NCBI GenBank assembly: GCA_965603825.1
Contig: CBFDEM010000004.1
Location: 620,001-684,000, forward strand
Length of the DNA stretch: 64,000 nucleotides
Reading direction: 5' to 3'
From: Blepharisma stoltei ATCC 30299
Lineage: Eukaryota > Protista > Ciliophora
Position 1 is the first letter of the stretch, and the number at the start of each line of letters is the position of its first letter. A model generated the notes under the pieces. It was not told where the DNA came from. It saw only the letters and a list, made by a program, of their open reading frames with translations, and ran no database searches. Positions 45,129-56,286 of this stretch are shown one piece after another. Both the position numbers and the translations under genes were made by a program.

Positions 45129-45794
45129 TTAAATTACTAACGCTATATCGATCAATACTTTTGTGGCGAGTGCTAGGACACCTGAATACACTCCTTCAAA
45201 TGCTAGTGATGACCACTCAGCTAATAGCCCCTTCTGTAAAAGTAAGCCTTTTATTATCGGGAACCCCACAATTTTAACGCCTAGCAGCACAAATGATGGG
45301 ATCTTCAAAGATGCGCTAAAAAGTTTAAAAGCCCCGACTATGCAAACAAAAGAAATTAGCTGAGCGATTTCACAGTTGGCATGAATAGCTCTTTGTAAGT
45401 ATTCCCATGTGAATTCTCCCCCACCTGCATTAAATAAGAATATAAGCAAATGTGATAAAATCATTTCCCCTAAAGCCCAGCCTAAGCCGATTCCAAGGAT
45501 TCTTGACCTTGAGTCGCCAACTTTTGATAATTTCCAGTCAAGTACCCAGATAAGAATGTAGACATCGATTACTCCGATAGCTTCTTTTATTACTTCTGCA
45601 TAGAGAGTCCATGTTTCATAAGCTGGGACAAAGGTTGCGTATACCAGTAATTTGATCGCGGCAGAGATTATATAACCAATTACACCTGATATGCAAATCT
45701 TGAAGCCATGCTCGTGAAGAGAGGTGGTGTTGAAGATCAGGAATATTGGTGCAAAGGTCAGGATTACACAATTAACCAAGTGCAAAAAGGCCAT
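45129..45794 (-). CDS. TMEM147: TMEM147 (BOS complex subunit)
   Basis: HLVNCVILTFAP, KLLVYATF, GLGWA, EFTWEYLQ. Confidence 0.85.
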   Translation of the reverse strand: MAFLHLVNCVILTFAPIFLIFNTTSLHEHGFKICISGVIGYIISAAIKLLVYATFVPAYETWTLYAEVIKEAIGVIDVYILIWVLDWKLSKVGDSRSRILGIGLGWALGEMILSHLLIFLFNAGGGEFTWEYLQRAIHANCEIAQLISFVCIVGAFKLFSASLKIPSFVLLGVKIVGFPIIKGLLLQKGLLAEWSSLAFEGVYSGVLALATKVLIDIALVI

Positions 45795-46070
45795 TTACAA
45801 GGGTGGATTTCGCGAAAAGGGTATTAAAATAAGCTTAATTAAAGATAATATGAGAATCTATATGAGCTTAAAGCTCTCCTTTTACTCAATTATATGCATT
45901 TGTGGATAAGTTTTTTATTAATTAAGAAATTTAAAACTTAGGAAGATGCTTAATGCAAAGAATTCTATGAGCATCTCATTATTATGAGCCCTTATTTAAG
46001 AAATTTCATCTATTTAATAGTCAAATTTATAATCTTGAAGACTTTATATATTTAAGACGAGATCTATAAT

Positions 46071-46460
46071 TTAAGCCTCATTATTGTTCAATCTTTCTAT
46101 CAATTGCTTCTGTTCTTCTTCTACCTTCAGCAAGCTTTCATACTGGTATGTATAGCGTTCAAGTTCAGCTATTTTTTCATTGATTAAAAATACAAGCTCT
46201 TGCTGCTTCTTTTTGCGTGCTTCTGCTTCATTGTCAACTTGGTTTCTTAAGCCAACTGATCTCAGCTTCTCGTTTTCTATTTTTCCAGCTTGTTCATCTA
46301 GAACCTCTACAAGAGATCCCACTGTTTCTTGAAAACGTTTCATGTCATTAATAAACTCGTAGGAAGCAGTCTGAAGTCCCAAACTATCATTGTAAAGGCT
46401 TGATTCCAAAACCCTGATTTGATTATTTTCATCGAAAGTGATTGATACTTTTTCCGCCAT
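46071..46460 (-). CDS. IFT20: Intraflagellar transport protein 20
   Basis: FDENNQIRVL, IENEKLRSVGLRN, ELERY..QYESLLKVE.EQ. Confidence 0.95.
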   Translation of the reverse strand: MAEKVSITFDENNQIRVLESSLYNDSLGLQTASYEFINDMKRFQETVGSLVEVLDEQAGKIENEKLRSVGLRNQVDNEAEARKKKQQELVFLINEKIAELERYTYQYESLLKVEEEQKQLIERLNNNEA

Positions 46461-46622
46461 GGTCTTTCAAATTATTATCTATTTCATATATAGGCTCATT
46501 AAATTTGGCCAATTGAAACACCTGAAGGATTTGGGTATTTAGAAAATGAATTAAATTAATAATTTTTGATTTTATAATTGATGCTCAGCTACATATACAC
46601 ATAATGTAAACTTTATTATGAA

Positions 46623-48212
46623 TTAAATCATGAATTTCCATCCCACTATATTTCCTTCTCTATCTCCGCTCAGCAATATATCATTATCTTCCCAGTTTTG
46701 AACGCATTTTATATTTTCCCCGACGTTTTCATTAACTTTTCCTCACGAAATCATGCTTTTGCCTCCACTGATAAGTTTTCCTTTGACACAAACCAAAGAA
46801 GTGACTTCGCTCCCATTATCCATTTCTTTTCAGTTTTTTCAATTTTTCATATCCCAAAACCTAATAAATCCACTACTTGAGCCGCTAACAATGGAGCCGT
46901 CTACTCATTTGCATAGAGTTCTTATATTTTCACAGTCTCCTTCAATAGTTGCAATTGATTTAGCTAACCTTAAATCCCAAACTTTAATAAGCCCATCAGT
47001 TCCTCCACTGCAAAAAGTTTGAAAATTGTTCAATAATAAGACTTTTACTGGCTTATTGTGCTCTGTATATTGGCTAAATTGTTGAGAAGTTATTGAATCT
47101 GTAATAGAAATATTATGATCTTCTCCTGATGAAACTATTAGATTTGGTCTTATAGAAATTAAAGAATGGACTGGGCCTGTATGTGCATTAATTCTTGACT
47201 TCAAAGAAATATCAGGAAAAACCCTTCAAATCCGAATGGATGAGTCAGCACTTGAAGAAATTAATGTATTTTCGTCTAATAAGGCTAAACCTGTAACAGG
47301 CTTTGAATGAGCTTTTAAGGTTTGGGAAGGACATGAAAAAATAGGAGCTTTGTGGATCCTTGAATTCGATATTTGGGTTGGCTTATGCCATATACAAATA
47401 TTATAATCCGAAGATCCACTATATATATATTTCTCGTCAGTAATGATAGTATTCACTGCATTTTTGTGGCTTTGAAATCGATACTTTTCAATTAATAAAC
47501 TATTTTCAATTGTACTGGATGATAAAGATTCTAAGCGATTCTCTTTTTGAGTCAGATACCTTATATGTAGCTTTGAATTTGAATTTTGCAAAAGTGGAGA
47601 AGGAGACCTGCTGGGAGATTTAGGCGATCTTTGTTTGGAATTTTTTTTGTTAATTGCTTGTATTCTTACAGAATAAGGACTCCTCTCTCTGCTTGTATCT
47701 CGCTTAATTGATCTTTCAACTGAAGTTTTCATGGATCTTAAAGGAGATTTTGATTTTCTTTGAGAAATTTCTTCAGGAGGTAGAACTAAAAAGTTTTTCG
47801 GGATAGTAGATTTACTGTGTCTTAAAGGAGATGAATTTATGTTTCCCCAAGAACTATAGGGAATTGATTTCCTAATTGCGTTTTCATTTCTTCTATTTGG
47901 AGACTGGTTTTGCTGCCCAGAAGTTTTATATCTCTTGTGATTATTAGTTTTTGTTAAAATTGGCTTTGTTGGGTGAATTAGTGCTTGAATAACTGCTGAA
48001 TTGTAGATTTTATCTGCTTCAGCTTTTTGATTTGATCGATCAGTTGGCATTTTAAAGTGGGGAGAAGGAGTCCTTGAGGTTCGGTTTTCGTCTTTTAATT
48101 CTGCAGATTTCATAGAGATTTGTATGTTATGAGAAATGAGAGGATGCAAAGGAAATGATTTTTGTAATCTATGAGTTGACATATTTATGAAAACTTGATT
48201 AGAAAGTTTCAT
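46623..48212 (-). CDS. WD40-repeat protein with basic Ser/Pro-rich N-terminus (start could be 48182 or 48113)
   Basis: One frame through TGA47226, TGA46905 and three more TGA. SGSSDYNICIW, SSSADSSIRI[W], SGGTDGLIKVWD, GDREGNIVGW. Confidence 0.85.
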
Positions 48213-48316
48213 TTTAGAGGAAAAACTGCTTGTGAATTATTTTTTCTAATTTCTAATTTATGAATTATTTCAAGACAGACAAATTGGAGCTAATATATCA
48301 GTTATCTTATGATTAT

Positions 48317-49363
48317 TTATAGGTTTCGCACCTCATTGATAAACGATACAGTCAAACCTTCTGTAAAGGTTATTTGACTTGGCATGCTGAGAAGGTCATC
48401 ATCCATCTCGCATTTCTTCAAGTCAAAGAAAAGCCCATCTAGCTTTTTATCATCTTTTGGTCACCTGATTTCATATTTCTTTTCAATCTCGCTTTTGCTT
48501 GCATTGATGCCGACATCTTTGAGTTTTTTCTCAACATAATTACGAAGCGAATAACTTTGTATGTGAAGCAAAGTTTCTTCATAATTGTATTTCAAGTCCA
48601 CCCCAATTTTTTCGACTAAGAACTTGATACATGCTAAGTAATCTCCATCACCAGTAGTGCTTCCTAGAGCGGCGATTTGGATGGCATTCTCATAGCTATT
48701 GTTGAGAACTTTAAAGTCAGCTTTGCACCGCTCATAAAGGAACTTCATCATTGGGTAATTTCCTGTTCTGGCTGCGATGAGGGCACAGTTTTCCCCGGTG
48801 AGGGAGTCCTGCATGTGAATGTCGAGTTCTTCTGGGGGTTTGGTGTCCTTGAAATGCAGGAAAACATAATCTAAAATACACATGTGCCCTAACTCACAGG
48901 CAGTTTGTATAGGTGTATATGTATAGAAAATTTTATTGTCGAACGAGTTATCGAAGTCTAATGAAATATTTTCATCAATTTTAGGATTTGAATATGTGCT
49001 CATATAGAGAGGAAGATAATATTGAAGAATATCTAAATGCCCTCTCTGGCAAATTAATCCTAAAATGCTCGTTCTTTGGCTCCTAAGGAGATCCTCCAGA
49101 ACAGAAAGGCTGGCACCTAAGGTTTCATACATATATCTGAAAAGATAAGCCCTGCCCAGCCAAAGAGCGTAGCCTAAAGAATTTAGGCGCAGCCCCTCGA
49201 CCTCTGCTATTGGATCATTTAACAGCAGTCGACCATGGAGTCGGCTCTGTTGAGATATTATTAAGGAATGAAGAACTTTGGAGTTATTTCGTTCAATGCA
49301 TTGTTTCACTCTTTGCAACAGTTCGGATTGGGAATTGGTTTGTATGGAAGAATTACAACCCAT
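48317..49363 (-). CDS. Ankyrin-repeat protein with MGC N-terminal acylation motif
   Basis: TPIQTACELGH, GENCALIAARTGN; extends via TGA48461 to TAA48317. Confidence 0.82.
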
Positions 49364-49983
49364 AATTTAATTATTATATCCCATTAAATTTTCAGAAATT
49401 TATGATATCTATTAAATATGCTTAAATTAGGCCTTAAAAGATGTGGACGGTTCTAGATCGATAATTTGTGAGCTTTAAACCATTTAAACTATTAGGATCC
49501 TCTGGTAAGAAATTATTAAAAAAATGGATGAGGTATCAGAAAAAATATTGAAGTGAAATTTACAGAGGAAAATTTTAGTCCTTGATTTTATTGTTGGCAA
49601 TTAAGTGTTTAAAGCTCGATGAAATAAACAAATTTACATATTTAGTCATTGTCAGATCCAAATTTATTTACTTTTATTTTTGAATTATAATTATAAAATA
49701 AAGACTAATTTTGTATTCTATTTTTATAGCAGAAAAATTTTATAAATCATTGCAAAGGAATTTCCGAAGAAAAATGTTCAGTTTAAATTACTAAAGTTTC
49801 AAATTATTCAGCATTTTTATAATTATTATTCATCAATAAAAATAAATTAAAAAGCAAGCGTGCTTGTCTATCAAGTGATTATATCTCATATGCATTAAAT
49901 ATACATTCCCCATGGCTTTAATGTTTCAATATTTACAATATAAATAAAACCTCCTCAAGAAATAGAGAAAAACTGATAATAAA

Positions 49984-51294
49984 ATGGCGAGAAACTTCAA
50001 TCCGCTTCTGTTCGAAACCTTAAACGTAGGAAAACATATAAAAAGCTCCAAAAAGCGTTTCATGTGGAAATTTGAGCTTGACGGCAAAGAGCACGTAATC
50101 GACTTATTTTTAAGTAAGATTTCTGGGAAAAGAAAGATTCTCTTAAATGGAGACATCAAAATAGAAGCCAAAAGATCATCATCTTCATATGGCAGTTACC
50201 CTCTCCGAATAGGGAGTCACAGTTTATTACTATTTGAATTAGAGGGCAACATTTTTGACCTTCGTTGCGACAATATTTCATTTGAGGCTGCTCTGATGAG
50301 AAACCGATCAAAATCTGATTTTACAGGCGGATATCGGGATAGAGAACCGAGGGGTGATACCTATTCTGGAGGAAATTGGGATGAGCAGTATCGATCAAGA
50401 GGTGAGGCTAGTGAACTGTATGGAGGTAGGACTGATTATAATATAGATACTTATAAAACATCTTCCAGATGGGAAAAAGCTGAAGAGCCTGAAGATTATA
50501 GATCTTCCAGAATTGATCAGTTTAAAGCTGAATGGGAAGAAAATAAAAGATGGGAGAGAAAAGAAAGAGAAGAAGAAGAGGAATACCGTAATTACCCCAA
50601 ATATCAGTCAAAAAGAAGGCAGTCACCAGATCCATTGCCAAGAGCATCAGTTCCTCAAAGAAATGAGCGAGTTTCAGTTCCATCTCCGCCTAAGCAGCAA
50701 ATTTCTAAATCAGAACCCAAGGTGGAGTCTCCACCACCTAAGCCTCTTGATTTACTTGATGCCCCTCCAGTTCAAAGCTCCCTTCCTGACGATTTATTCA
50801 CAAAACCTTTGCAATCTTCAGCAAACCAAAACCCTTTAGGAAACCCTTATTCAATGTCTAGCAATCCTTTTGAATCTGATCCTTCTACTGAAGAAAGTCC
50901 TTTTGGATTACAGCAGAGCTCTTCTCAAGAGCAGACATCGCAGCCACCATTGATACAACCTCAGCCAGAACAGAAGCCAGATTTTGACCATTTTATTGAT
51001 CTTGATAACTTGCATTTAGGTGATGGATACTCTCCTGCTGTTGCCCGAAAAATCCAAGAAGCGAATAAGCCTATCACAATTAATAATCCAAATGTGCCTA
51101 ATGTACCTTTAAACCAATTATTAACAAACAGGCCTCAACAAAACCCAGCGATGAATACTATGGCTGGGATGAATCCGATGAACCCTATGAATCCGATGAA
51201 TAACCCCATGGCTGCAATGATGGCATATAACCAATTTATGACTGGAATGATGATGAACCCTTATATGAATCCTCAGCAGCCATGCCCAAAATAA
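49984..51294 (+). CDS. FAIM-like N-terminal domain + disordered tail with DLL/DLF/NPF motifs and Met-rich end
   Basis: WKFELDGKEHVIDL..SKISGKRKILLNG; LDLLD, DDLF, NPF, FIDLD; MNP repeats. Confidence 0.75.
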   Translation: MARNFNPLLFETLNVGKHIKSSKKRFMWKFELDGKEHVIDLFLSKISGKRKILLNGDIKIEAKRSSSSYGSYPLRIGSHSLLLFELEGNIFDLRCDNISFEAALMRNRSKSDFTGGYRDREPRGDTYSGGNWDEQYRSRGEASELYGGRTDYNIDTYKTSSRWEKAEEPEDYRSSRIDQFKAEWEENKRWERKEREEEEEYRNYPKYQSKRRQSPDPLPRASVPQRNERVSVPSPPKQQISKSEPKVESPPPKPLDLLDAPPVQSSLPDDLFTKPLQSSANQNPLGNPYSMSSNPFESDPSTEESPFGLQQSSSQEQTSQPPLIQPQPEQKPDFDHFIDLDNLHLGDGYSPAVARKIQEANKPITINNPNVPNVPLNQLLTNRPQQNPAMNTMAGMNPMNPMNPMNNPMAAMMAYNQFMTGMMMNPYMNPQQPCPK

Positions 51295-51487
51295 TACTAA
51301 TCAATTAAAATAAGCTTATTTATAGTAAATTTATGATTTATTCATATTTAATACATCAAAAGCCGTTTCCTATAACGTCGCTATTTTTATTTTGCCAATA
51401 ATTGCTTACCCTATTTTTGACCCTGGCTACTCTTACCACCAATTAGTAAATCCCCGATTTAAACTCTCTATCTTCCTTTTATAAATA

Positions 51488-51790
51488 ATGGCTGAAAATT
51501 TGCGCAAGTTCTCTGTGAGAGCCAAATTACTATATACCAACGCTAGAGGCAGAACTATTACCTCCTTGATTGGAACTCTTGGACTAGCATACTTTTACTA
51601 TTCTCGGGAAAGAAAGGCCCAGATTTCTCATGACGCCGATCTCGCAAAAGAATTTTGTCCTGATTTTGTACGTGCTTTTATTAAATGTGATCAGAAACAC
51701 CACAGCGACTGCAGAAATGAAATGCTGAGACTTCACGATTGCGTACATCGCTTCAAGACAGACAACCAAATGGACTTTGGTAGACTTTAA
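51488..51790 (+). CDS. Mitochondrial twin-CX9C (CHCH) protein with TM helix
   Basis: CPDFVRAFIKC and CRNEMLRLHDC, preceded by a hydrophobic helix. Confidence 0.75.
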   Translation: MAENLRKFSVRAKLLYTNARGRTITSLIGTLGLAYFYYSRERKAQISHDADLAKEFCPDFVRAFIKCDQKHHSDCRNEMLRLHDCVHRFKTDNQMDFGRL

Positions 51791-51820
51791 TATCTAAGTT
51801 AAGATATTCAAATAAAAATA

Positions 51821-52756
51821 TTAAATGTTCATCTCATAATCTACATGAAGAACTCCAGACCTTACGAGCACCTCTCCACTTGTCTTCTGTACAGGAGGAA
51901 CCACTATAATGCATTGGTCGCCTGGCCTTATAAACCCATCTAACGCATCATGAAGCAGTGAGCTGAATTCGACTTGTTTCCCGACTGTGTCCCATCCACA
52001 CTTAACTGGAGGGTCATGAATCCAAAAAGTAAATAATAACTCACTTAACTTCTGCATGAAATTGAAAATCTGTGTGTTCGTTGACTGCGAATTGTCCCCG
52101 AGCCTCAGCACTCTTTGGATGTCTTCTACGATTTTTTGGAGCGAGCTGGTAACTACGCATTGTTGGTAAATTTTCTTTCAAGAAACTTGGTAGCTTTTTC
52201 TCAAGACGTTCATGATTGGCCCTTCAAGGGTCTCAATGCCAATAACACGCTTGAGTGTCTCTTCAGCTGGAGTAAAATAAGCTTTTATAAGGTCATTTAC
52301 TCGGGAAAAAGAAGTCCTGAAGTAGTAGACAATACCTTCCATTGATAATTCAGGGCCTAAAACTTCGAAAAATACATCTTGGCAGTCGCATTTATAAAAT
52401 TGAGAGCAGATGTCTGTGATTTCATTGAGCATCGGAAATGAGGCTGAAATGTTGTGGTAGCCAGGAACCATCTGCCGCATGTTAGATTGAAGCTCCAGAA
52501 TTTCGCTTTGCAAGGAACGGTTTTCTTTCTTAAGCGTGTCCCGCTCTTTTCGTACATTTGCAAATTTTGTTGTTATGATGCGGAGTTTGGCTTTGGTGTC
52601 TTTGAGCTCACTTTCTGAGTCTTCTGAGGCTTTTTCCTGCTGGATGCGGTCCAGTGCTTCGTGGGCCTGCCTTAGTTCTTCTTCAAGTTCAGAAATCCTG
52701 GATTTTGAGGATCCTGCGTCCCTATTCTGCTCTTTGATTTGAAACAAATGTTTCAT
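51821..52756 (-). CDS. Coiled-coil protein (311 aa), C-terminus weakly MIEAP-like
   Basis: ORFs joined through TGA52178; heptad-rich N-terminus; FWIHDPP...IVVPP. Confidence 0.7.
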
Positions 52757-52954
52757 ATTTAAATAATTAGAATAACGTTAGAAGAGATTTTGGAAATTTG
52801 GTTTTCAATAGAATAATTATTGCCGAGCCAGAGTCAATTAAACTCTATGGTAAAAATAAATATCATTTAAAAAGTCTAAGGAATGAGGATTTTATAAAAC
52901 AATTAATGAAAAATTAATATCAAGTTATTATAAAATATTAGGATATGTAGTTTA

Positions 52955-54331
52955 TTAGTTCAAATGATCATTATTTGAAAAAGATCTCAAATGATTCGCT
53001 ATGTTGTTGAAGCTTGCTCTTTGGATTCGAGATTTCGACTTTGAATCAATCTCTGCTTCAAGTTTCTTTTTTAAGTTATTCAATGCACCCAAATTACTTT
53101 GCTCTTCAGATGCTCTTGACTTTATTTGAGAATTCCGTCCAGAAGATTTCCCACCTTGATTGCTCTGGAAAAATCTTGGCTGCTCCCCAGATTTTCCATT
53201 CGCAGGGCTATAAAATGGAGCAACTTTTCCTACTTCAGAAGGCAATTTCAAGTTATTTGGAGTGCTGATTGGCTGGCTTTGTACTTTATAACCAGCAAGA
53301 GGATCAATTGCAAGATTTGTTTTCGTTGGAAATTTAGATTTTTCTGGCTGCTTTGTAGTAACTTTGAAGCGTTGAGTTGCGATAACTCTCGATTTGCTTA
53401 TCATATCAGGTGCAGAATTAAAAGAAATATTATGGACTGATCGATCCTCTCCTGTTTGGCTCATGCTTTCATCTAGCTCACTATTTGCATTAGAAAATTT
53501 TATATCATTTTCAGCTTCCTTTTCTTCAATCTCATGCATAGTAGCATCTAAGCCACTTGCAAGGATGTTTGAAATGCTCATATCACACAGCATAGAGTCT
53601 TCATTTAGTCCTTTCAAATTTTCTTGTTCTGCAAATTCCAGTCTATCAAAATTTTTTACATTTTCTTTCTTAATATCATCTAAATTTTCGTTCGTCATTT
53701 TTCGCTCATTTTCTATTTTTTTTGCCTTTTCAGCTGTTTCGTCTTTATCTGCTGTTTTATTGTTGCTCATGAGCAGTTTATTTACCTTTCCACTTATCAT
53801 TGTGAATCTCTTATTCAGCATATTAATTGACGAATCAATCTCAACTAATTCTTCCAGAACTAGAAACAGGTCATTGCTCTTTTTATCTTTCCCCTCTTCA
53901 TGGCTGTTTTCTACAAGAGGAGCTTCAAAAACGCTGGAATTTAATAAATTTCTAGGAGACTTTGAAAGGTTCTCTATCAAATCATCTAGACCTTCAGCTT
54001 TTTTTAAAAGCCTTTTCAGATAAGTTTTGACATCTTGCGTTTTCTTTCGAAAATGGTCTAAGCCATGTGCTTTGGATGATTTTTCTGGGCTGTCGCTTTC
54101 GCTTTCTGACTTCAAGCTCAAAAGTGTTTTTCGGTTGACTTTATCAGCTTTCGTTGTGAATGAAGGTGCACAATTTACTTTTACATTGTTTTGAGGAATC
54201 ACAAAAGAATGTGAGCCTGCTGGTGCACGGTCTAAATTGGATTTAAAATTGTTGGGTGGTTTAGATGTTAGTGCATCTATTGTTCTTTCGGATTTTCGTG
54301 GGTTTTCTGCACTGCTTGAGCTACAACCCAT
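52955..54331 (-). CDS. Low-complexity/coiled-coil protein with MGCSSS acylation motif
   Basis: 458-aa ORF, TAA stop. Confidence 0.75.
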   Translation of the reverse strand: MGCSSSSAENPRKSERTIDALTSKPPNNFKSNLDRAPAGSHSFVIPQNNVKVNCAPSFTTKADKVNRKTLLSLKSESESDSPEKSSKAHGLDHFRKKTQDVKTYLKRLLKKAEGLDDLIENLSKSPRNLLNSSVFEAPLVENSHEEGKDKKSNDLFLVLEELVEIDSSINMLNKRFTMISGKVNKLLMSNNKTADKDETAEKAKKIENERKMTNENLDDIKKENVKNFDRLEFAEQENLKGLNEDSMLCDMSISNILASGLDATMHEIEEKEAENDIKFSNANSELDESMSQTGEDRSVHNISFNSAPDMISKSRVIATQRFKVTTKQPEKSKFPTKTNLAIDPLAGYKVQSQPISTPNNLKLPSEVGKVAPFYSPANGKSGEQPRFFQSNQGGKSSGRNSQIKSRASEEQSNLGALNNLKKKLEAEIDSKSKSRIQRASFNNIANHLRSFSNNDHLN

Positions 54332-54628
54332 ATTTTAAATTAACGAGTTTGATCACACTAATTTATTCAAAGAATTGGAAAAAAACTTTTATTTTTTGTT
54401 ATTATTATCCTGCAGCCATTATATTTGTGAAGGAATTTTGAGTTTAAATATATTTAAAATTAAATTATCTGAAGAAAGTATATCATTAATTTGTGATTTG
54501 AAATTTTTAATCAATTTAATTTATTTTGCTTTAATAAGCTTTAAAATGATGAATAAAGCCAGGCTGTCTCATTAATTAATTTTATAATTTTTTTAACTAA
54601 TAATTAAAAATTTAATTCAACTGGCAAG

Positions 54629-54940
54629 ATGGATAGTGACCCATTAACGAGGCTGAAAAATAAATTGGATTCAATGAGAAGAGAAAGAGATTCTCTAAAT
54701 GGAGTGATACTTCAAGAAAGGGCGAGAAATAGTCAGCTAGAAGCTGAACTTGCAAGATTAAGAAATGAGTTTCTCAGATCAAAGGCTGAATTAGACGAAA
54801 AAGAAGCAACACTCCAGCGATTTAACGAAACTATTAGGGAAAGTGAAAATGCTTATGCAAAGCTATTAACAAATACTGATAAACTTCTTACCGCACTAGA
54901 GCATGAGTCCAGCAATTTATCAAGGAAATTTAAACAATAA
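54629..54940 (+). CDS. SSNA1/DIP13/NA14-like microtubule coiled-coil protein
   Basis: 103-aa coiled coil with ETIRESENAYAKLL...LL.AL. Confidence 0.75.
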   Translation: MDSDPLTRLKNKLDSMRRERDSLNGVILQERARNSQLEAELARLRNEFLRSKAELDEKEATLQRFNETIRESENAYAKLLTNTDKLLTALEHESSNLSRKFKQ

Positions 54941-55285
54941 ACAGCTAAATTATAAATGTTTGTCTTATTAGTTTGAGCAGAATTACTTAGTTCATCACAA
55001 ATATTTTACTTTTACAATGTATTATTACAAGCTAATTATACTTAAAGAACTGATTTCTCAAAATCAAATCTTCATAGCCACAGTCTTTCAGCATTAAGTT
55101 ATGCATGATTTCTAACTTTTTATAAATGATAAATAATAAATTTATCTTACTGAAGCGTTTCTACCATTGCTCTGCTACTTCTCAGCTGCAAAATCAAAAA
55201 TTTTAACTTTAAAAATCTTTAACTCTTCGATAATCTGAAAGACCTGCATAATTTATTATCGCTTAATAACTAAGTTTTATCTAAT

Positions 55286-55843
55286 TTAGCTTGGGAAACT
55301 GTTATTTCCTATCTGAATAATCCCCACAATCACACCAAACAGCCCAATAGCCGAACCAAAAATTTCCACAATTAGAATCTTGACAAAGGTTTCTGGAGTC
55401 ATTGCATCAGCTAAAGCACAGCCACTACCAGTGATTCCTACACAAATTCCACAAACCAGGTTGCTTAATCCTACAGACAAGCCAGCTCCAAACACTGCGA
55501 ATGCTGCATAAAGCGCATCATTGAGGGTCTCTGTTTCAGTCCAATGGGATTCTCCTACCTTGGAGACCTTCCCTTCAAGTATAATAGCAATAATTACACC
55601 ATAGATTGCGACGGCTTCACAGAAAATGATTGAAATCAAGTTCTTGGACTTTATTCTTGGAGCCTTAACAGCAGCTCCTACCAAAGAGGATCCAGTGATA
55701 AAAATGCCCCAAGCTGCTCCTACAATAGATAAGCCTAAGCCAAGGCCGAGACCTACATAGGCCCAAGAATATGGACTGATATATGAAAGGAGATCTGCCC
55801 AGGTTTGGTAGGTACTGAAATTGTAAACGTCTTCAGCCGACAT
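55286..55843 (-). CDS. VMA16: V-ATPase proteolipid subunit c'' (VMA16/ATP6V0B)
   Basis: [44 protein letters not shown]. Confidence 0.95.
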   Translation of the reverse strand: MSAEDVYNFSTYQTWADLLSYISPYSWAYVGLGLGLGLSIVGAAWGIFITGSSLVGAAVKAPRIKSKNLISIIFCEAVAIYGVIIAIILEGKVSKVGESHWTETETLNDALYAAFAVFGAGLSVGLSNLVCGICVGITGSGCALADAMTPETFVKILIVEIFGSAIGLFGVIVGIIQIGNNSFPS

Positions 55844-56112
55844 TATTTTTATAATAGAATATTTATAAGAATGCTCAATTTTACCATAAAAGTGGCTTAT
55901 TCAACAGCATATTTAGTTCATAATAATAGCAAAACTAAGGTAAAATATTGCTCTTTTTAATAGCTTTCATATTTATCTTTATTTGGCTTTTATTTGCAAT
56001 AAAAGTTATGCGAAATAATTGAAAAAATGATCCTATTTTATAAGACTCGATCTTCTAAATCAATTATGGCTTAAATTTTTTAGCTTTTTTAATCCAAAAT
56101 TATTTGCAAATG

Positions 56113-56118
56113 AAAAAA
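56113..56118 (-). terminator. Pol III oligo-T terminator of tRNA-Gly
   Basis: T6 run directly 3' of the tRNA on the minus strand. Confidence 0.8.
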
Positions 56119-56189
56119 TGCATCAGCCGGGATTCGAACCCGGGTCGTAACGATGGCAACGTCACATTCTACCCCTAAACTACTAATGC
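56119..56189 (-). tRNA. tRNA-Gly(GCC)
   Basis: GCATTAG/CTGATGC acceptor stem, anticodon loop TTGCCAT, T-loop GGTTCGAATCC, discriminator A. Confidence 0.96.
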
Positions 56190-56286
56190 TTGCTAGCACT
56201 CCTCTTATTTGCATCTATTTATACTTTACCTAATTTTAATAAAAAGCATAAAGGTATGGCCATTTCAATATTAAAATAATTAAGGA

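Noticed and set aside
53014-54023. Antisense and alternative-frame ORFs in the track (for example 53394-54023, 42827-43210, 23528-23713, 24032-24274)
   Set aside because: They are shadows of real genes on the other strand or frame, with no recognisable motifs.
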